A DNA stretch of 64,000 bases from Selaginella moellendorffii. Taxonomy: Eukaryota; Plantae; Lycopodiophyta. Under the pieces are notes generated by a model. It did not search any database. It was not told the DNA's origin and saw nothing but the letters and a program-made list of their open reading frames with translations. Each line of letters opens with the position of its first letter. The first letter of the stretch is position 1. Shown one piece after another: positions 58,239-64,000 of the stretch. A program made the translations under genes and the position numbers. The stretch is from NCBI RefSeq assembly GCF_000143415.4, contig NW_003314292.1, forward strand, positions 381,178 to 445,177, written 5' to 3'.

Positions 58239-61200
58239 GCGCTATGATCCTGGAGAAGTCAACTTACAAATTATGTTTCACACAAAACCAAAAGATTGAA
58301 AACTGGTGATTGCTTCTTCAAGTTGAAACATGATTGAAATGGAAAGCTCACAGGACACTAACTTCCTTTAAACACTTTTAACTCTCTCTTGTACCTCTTA
58401 CTCCGTATTTTCAGTGGCTGCTTTGAAACGTAGTGTAATTTAAATACAAGTTTTATGATGGCTGAAAACATTGACGTGCTTGTTTCTACTTTGTGGGTGG
58501 AACTTGTGACGCAGACAAATTCAATATGAGGAATTTGGGCTCAAACTCGAGCCAAAACGTTAAGTATTTGATGGATGGAAAGGCAAAATATCTTTAATAT
58601 GTTCTGCGTATATATGTACGCACCCCGCCCTGACCAGATGTGCACTTCTAGAAAAAAGACCTCGAACGAGTATTAGAAAAAAAGAAAAACAAGCAGTAGA
58701 CCAAGTTGGTCCTTCTCCACACTTGAATCGGCAGGCGAAGTTGTGATGAAGAGAAAATTCCTGCCAGGATCATTTGATACGATGTTTTTTGTCAAGTCAA
58801 TAACTTGGGTGATCTGGATCGGTGTGAGCGAGTGGTCCCCATGTGATTAAAGTACCTGTTTGATTGATGGATGTGGTGTGGACCTGGCAGGGCCGGCTAG
58901 CTGGAGAGCTTGTGTTGTTGAGAAGGGAATGTGTTGAAGGCTCCCTTGCCATAACTTACGTGAAGTATACGTTGTCTGTGCTGGGACGGCTTTTTCCTGG
59001 GATGAATGCTCTCCATGTTCAAGATGTGATAATCTTTGGTTTTTGTGATCACAGATAAGATTAAGAGCCATGTTTTCCAGATCAAAAGTCTGCGAGAAAG
59101 AGACGTGATCGCTGCGGCATATATACTGGGCTGCAAATTCTTTGGACTGATTATGCTGGCTTTGGTGGGACGAAAAGACTTGCAAGAGCACCACCCTTCA
59201 ACATATATAGTGTTTATATCAAAGACGATGGACAGCGACACTGTGAGCAACGTAAGGCCTTTCTATTTATGCTAGAGCGCTCTGGAGGAGGCGAAAGCTT
59301 TGTAACAACGCGAGGTAATTGTCAAAGCCAAGATGTCAAGTCGGGTTGAAGAGACACAGCTACGGTTCCATGAAAGTCTGGCCTGAGTTTTTGTAGCTTT
59401 TTTCTTGCTGGGGGTATTCCTCTTGCGTCATGCCTCGGAGCTCTTGGCAGCAAGTGAAAACGAGTGATCAAATCCCAAGAAGGTTATCCAAAGGTTTACA
59501 AGCGCGTAACTTTAGAGTTGAACAAGACAGAAGAGCTTTGTTTGATGATGATCTCTGATCTTTCACGATTCAAGAATAAATCCACGTCCACGTTTTCGTC
59601 CTAGATGCTGGCATTGAATGCGATCAGGGGTCAGTCACCAGTTTTAAGGAGCATGTCCAGAAAGAACAAGGCGAAGCCTGGCCATGGCGATATCATAATT
59701 TAAAAGCAAAGTAGGGGAAAGCCATCGAAAGAGAGGGAGAGGCGTGCATGCATTGTTGCAACGCAGGCTGCAGGGCAAGGACAAGCTATCGTGCTCTGCT
59801 GCCAAGGAAAAGGAGAAGAAAATTTTGCGAGATCTTCGTCTCGCAACTCGGCTTTATCGGCTGCAGGCAACGCAGGCAAATCTGATCGCTTTTTCTTTTG
59901 TCCAGTCAGAAGTCCAGAACGCAAGGAAAACAAGAAAACGAAAAAAATTAACAAAAGAGCCAATGAATAGTCTCTTGAAATTTTCTTTTTGGAATTTTTT
60001 TCTTAAACTTAGCTTGTTTTATTTTCTCTCCTTTGCCCCCATGCGCAATCATATATTCGTTGCCATATATTTCATGTTGCTGAAAGAAGTCTTCTCTTCT
60101 CTTGATATAGATCCTGAGCCTGTATTTTTAATAATGCCTTTCATACTTTTGATCAAGGAAACTAAAGAACAAAGAAATGTCTTGTACTTTATTCTTCACT
60201 CACTTGAGTTTGTTTTTTTTTTCTTCTCTGTAATGTTTTTTTTCATTGCACCGACCAACAATGACAACGTCCTTCGTATCCTTCGTTTTCTTTTTTTTGC
60301 TTTTCTCGTTTTCCCGGAGCACAATGTAGCTGAGAAGGAAGGTCAAACACAATTGACTTCGAGACTAATTTGTAAGGCAATATTTTCTCAACCGAAAAAA
60401 CAAAACAAAGAAAATAATACCACCACGCCGAGCAAGCCCGGTCGCGAGGCGGATCTATAGTCAACTGCCACGTGTCGCAGCCGGCGATCTTCCCGCCGGC
60501 TTGTCGGCCGTACGGTGTGCCTGAATCTATGACCTCACGCGCGGGCCCATGTGGTCATGGCACGTGGCAGATGTCCACGGTGAACATAACGGCGGGCACC
60601 GACAAAACGGGAGCACGTTCCCTGTAAGATTTCCTGTTAGAGAAACGAAGATAAACTTGCCATTTATAAACTTTCTCTTTTACTTTAGGTCCATATCTTT
60701 TGTCCTTGTCCCCCACTTCGAACCAAGCTAGAGACACGTTCCATTGTTCTTCGAGAAAATGCCACTCCTTTTGCGGAGTTCGTGCACCAAAACTAGACGA
60801 GAGAGAATCAACCAACCGATCGATCGATTAAACAAGCGAGGAAAAGATGTGGTCGAGAAGAACTGACCAAATCCGTCACGACGATCCATATTCTTTGCTT
60901 GAATCCGCCTTTGTCTCGTCTGCGAGGAAAACAAAAAGAATGCAATCGCTGGTGATCGATCGCAAACAAACTTTAGAAGTGGATCGAGGAGGGAAAAAGA
61001 AAATCACTCTCGATCGAGCAGCCTAGAAACCAGAGATCAAAGTGTTTCTTTCCTGGCGAGTTACAGGGATTTCTGTCCTCGACCGTGGCAACACGGAGCA
61101 TGTGAGCCTCGAGTTGTTTTCACTTCTCACGGGCGAGAAAGAGGCCCCCAGCGCTGATCTGATTTGAGAAATCTGTAGGATGAGAACAAAAGTCACTGGT

Positions 61201-61443
61201 CATATTTACAGTACCTCAACACAAAAGAAACACATGAAGAGCCTAGCTCGACTCCGCACGAAACTTGGCTCCGTTTCAACAGCGCATTGGTGCGCTGGAG
61301 ACCGCTGGACTTTGCGACTCTTCTTTCTTTCCTTCGATTAGATCCTAGTTACAGCCAATTCCTCCTGCAAGAGAGAGCAACCATTGATGAGTAAAAACCA
61401 CCGAAACCGTTAGAAATGGAACTTAAACTCCGACTTACCTGCG

Positions 61444-62601
61444 TCACTGCGAGCCAGCGGACTGCTGCGAGTTGGAGCAGTCATCGTCCTCAGAGTGCTG
61501 GCCGTCGAAATCCTCCTCAATTCCGCAGGAAGCATGCCCGTTTCCAAAGGCACGGATGTGGTCCTTGAGGGAGCGCTTGTGCTTGAAATCTGAGCCACAA
61601 GAGCAGTACCACAGCTTGCCGCAATTCTTCTCGTGAGTCCGCCAGTCCCCTCGCACAGCAAACGCTTTCCCACACTTCCGGCAAGGAAACGGCTTGATGC
61701 CGTGCTTCCGCTTGTAGTGCGTCTGGAGTGTCCGAAAGTCCTTGAGTGGCCTCGCACGGGGATGGTCGATGTTGTTACGGCATCCAACAGCGCAGCAGTA
61801 GCATGGAAGCCTTAGCATGGCTGTCGGCTGAGCACCTCGCAAAGACTCTGGTCCCCGCCGATACTGAGAACCGTGCCCCCACATATGCATCTGGAAGAGA
61901 AACAAACGACATAGAAGTTTGTCTTGAACTTGCAGTTTCGAAAGAAACGAAAAGAAGTGAACCTGCATGTTGTTGTAGCGATTGAAGTTCTTGCTGCACA
62001 CTGGACAAGAAAATTGTGTTGGACCGACTAAAATCTGTGCTGGAGTGGGAATCCAGTACTGTCCTTCGGAAAGCCTTCCTTTGCACCGCTGAAGCCGCTC
62101 TACTTCGTAAGCCTTCTTTATCTCGTCGTCACTTGTCTGGACTGGGGGACCGATGCTTAGTGCCACTGTTACGTTACTGCTCCCAATTCCATCACTTTTA
62201 GTCGAATCCTGGTCTTCTTCTTCTTCTTCATTTTCTTCCCGATACAAAGGCTGTAGGATGGGAGTCGATATTGGTAGGATTTCCTTCTTTGGATCAGCAC
62301 GAGGCCCCAGGCTCAGAAAAGGCAATGTCTCCTCCTTGGAACTGGATGGCGAGGCCTGCACTGAAACATATGGGGTGTCCGATTGCTGCGCTTCTGTTTT
62401 GATCCCGGGCGACGAAGAAGCCTTCCAAGGAAATGTTTTGACACGAGCGTCGAAGAACGGAATAGCAACTGGCAGCTGCGAGACGGGTTGACTCACGTAA
62501 GGCTTGAGCCATTCCGAGAACCTGAGCGAATAGGCAGGAAGAAACCGAGTGTGCTGCTGAACCACAGTGACAGAATTCTCTCCATTGTATCTAGAGTTCA
62601 T
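61444..62601 (-). CDS. WIP: WIP-family C2H2 zinc-finger transcription factor (361 aa), exons 62601-61963 and 61890-61444
   Basis: [27 protein letters not shown]|[36 protein letters not shown]; 72-nt in-frame GT-AG intron at the MQ|MH site. Confidence 0.95.
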   Translation of the reverse strand: MNSRYNGENSVTVVQQHTRFLPAYSLRFSEWLKPYVSQPVSQLPVAIPFFDARVKTFPWKASSSPGIKTEAQQSDTPYVSVQASPSSSKEETLPFLSLGPRADPKKEILPISTPILQPLYREENEEEEEDQDSTKSDGIGSSNVTVALSIGPPVQTSDDEIKKAYEVERLQRCKGRLSEGQYWIPTPAQILVGPTQFSCPVCSKNFNRYNNMQVHFFSFLSKLQVQDKLLCRLFLFQMHMWGHGSQYRRGPESLRGAQPTAMLRLPCYCCAVGCRNNIDHPRARPLKDFRTLQTHYKRKHGIKPFPCRKCGKAFAVRGDWRTHEKNCGKLWYCSCGSDFKHKRSLKDHIRAFGNGHASCGIEEDFDGQHSEDDDCSNSQQSAGSQ

Positions 62602-63596
62602 TCTCCTGCGATCAAGTAGCAAAACCGTGAGACACTCCACACATCTAAAGGCCGAAAGCCTACCTTTCAAAAGCACAGAGCTCTACAGCAAGGGTGAATT
62701 GGAATCAGAGGTTAGAGGTGCTGAAGACCATTATCGGTGTTGAGCTAAACTGGTTACATCGGCACGTGGGCAACCACATACGTACATATTTATCGATGTC
62801 CGCAAGAAAACACATACAGTGCGAGGACTGCGAGCTTTTGCTCGATAGAGCGAGAGCAGAGAGGAAGAGAGAAAGAGAGTGCGAGCTAGAGTGGCGGTGT
62901 GGCAGCTCTATCGGACAACAGACGGTGTGGAAAAGGGAGCTGAATAGAGACAAATAATTGAAAAGAGAATTGCAAAGACAAGCCCGGGTGGTGTGAAGGA
63001 ACGATGGAAAAGCCGGGTGAGAGTGGGACCCGAGGAATCAAAAACTGATCGGTGACACGATGGGGAGTGAGGAACGTTTGGAGCAACACGTACTCAAAAC
63101 GAGGAGGAAACGTAGTCCTAGAAATTCAAGAGGGTAAAAAGAAAAACTTAGCTGATCTCGAGCAGAGTGCTTGTAGTAGCAGAAGCAGCAGCAGCAGCAA
63201 GATCCACTTGTTTGCTCGGTAGACCTCCTTTCAACATCCTGTCAAAGCCGCCACCACCACAGGATTAGAACATATCAACAGTCTTATAGCACAACGTCAC
63301 GGGACACAGACCATCTCCAGGTGGGACCAGTTTGTCAACTGTAGATAACAAGTGTTCTTCACGAACTGAGAGGCCGGTCAGCAAGACTATGCACCGCACG
63401 CTTATAGGAAACAAACAAAACACGAGTCCAAACACCATTCAGCGGTAAAGAAAGCAAAAACAAAGCTAAAGGTTTCAACCAATGCATTGATAAATACGTA
63501 GCTGCGAGTTACTTGCTCCTACAAAACCAGTCAAGAAAACATGCACAGCGGAAGAAGTTGACAACAAAGAGTCGGCCAGTTTGAGACAAATGATAA

Positions 63597-64000
63597 ATGC
63601 TTAACTTAAGGACAGCAGCATTCGCCTCGATCGAGAGAGAAAGCGATTCGTCTGTTCATGCAACGAGCATAGCCGTAGCACCCATGAATGATCTATAGAT
63701 CGCACAGTTAAAGTTTGCCGTGTTCTGTGAGCAACAAGAAAGAAAAAGCCAGCTTGATGTATATGCTTAACTTAACCACGGCAGCATTCTCCTCCACCAA
63801 GAGTCTTTGATTTGTCTGTTCATGCGACGAGCGTATGCGTAGCACCCATGAATGATCTTAAATCGCACACTAAAAGTTTGCCGTGTTCTGTGAGCAACAA
63901 GAAAGAAATCAAATGAAAAAGAAAGAAGAAAACTGGTACTAGAGAGAGTACCTTGCTTGATGCTTATATGCTTAACCATGGCAGCATTCGCCTCCACCAA
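63597..64000 (+). repeat. Diverged tandem repeat (~165-200-bp units, two full copies and the start of a third)
   Basis: ATGCTTAAC..GCAGCATTC at ~63597, 63763 and 63968; shared core GTCTGTTCATG...GTTTGCCGTGTTCTGTGAGCAACAAGAAAGAAA. Confidence 0.8.

Noticed and set aside
58720-59300. Possible small multi-exon gene on the plus strand
   Set aside because: Exon-like blocks exist, but no consistent start/stop or recognisable domain could be established
59744-60460. 238-aa hydrophobic ORF
   Set aside because: F/L/K-rich translation of T/A-rich intergenic DNA; no domain recognised

Overview
Eukaryotic (land-plant) genomic DNA, most consistent with a lycophyte such as Selaginella. This is inferred from very short introns, compact genes and Tcn1-like chromoviruses. 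Positions ~1-52 kb form a deeply nested transposon island, and ~52-64 kb is gene space (two broken A1 aspartic-protease paralogues, an intact GH17+X8 beta-1,3-glucanase, an intact WIP-type C2H2 zinc-finger gene). The island holds three copies of a self-priming Tcn1-like chromovirus, a second Gypsy, a 5'-truncated L1-like LINE, a young non-autonomous LTR element with minisatellite LTRs, and a 5S-rRNA-carrying Cassandra-like TRIM family. The most unusual object is a ~10.7-kb DNA element (~10477-21160) with two divergent genes. One is a Sola-like/DUF7869 DDD transposase with extra SH3-type domains. The other is a ~1,620-aa, 10-exon accessory protein that I reconstruct as ParB-like domain + degenerate N6/N4 DNA-methyltransferase-like fold + acidic/low-complexity linker + FCP1/NIF pseudo-phosphatase. 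The element is studded with at least 17 copies of one 22-bp palindrome (consensus ATGGCRTGWGGCCWCAYGCCAT) in its subterminal regions, shared promoter, four tiny introns and in-frame within exons. It carries an identical 24-bp end sequence twice, in direct rather than inverted orientation. All domain calls are by-eye motif recognition and need HMM or structure confirmation.
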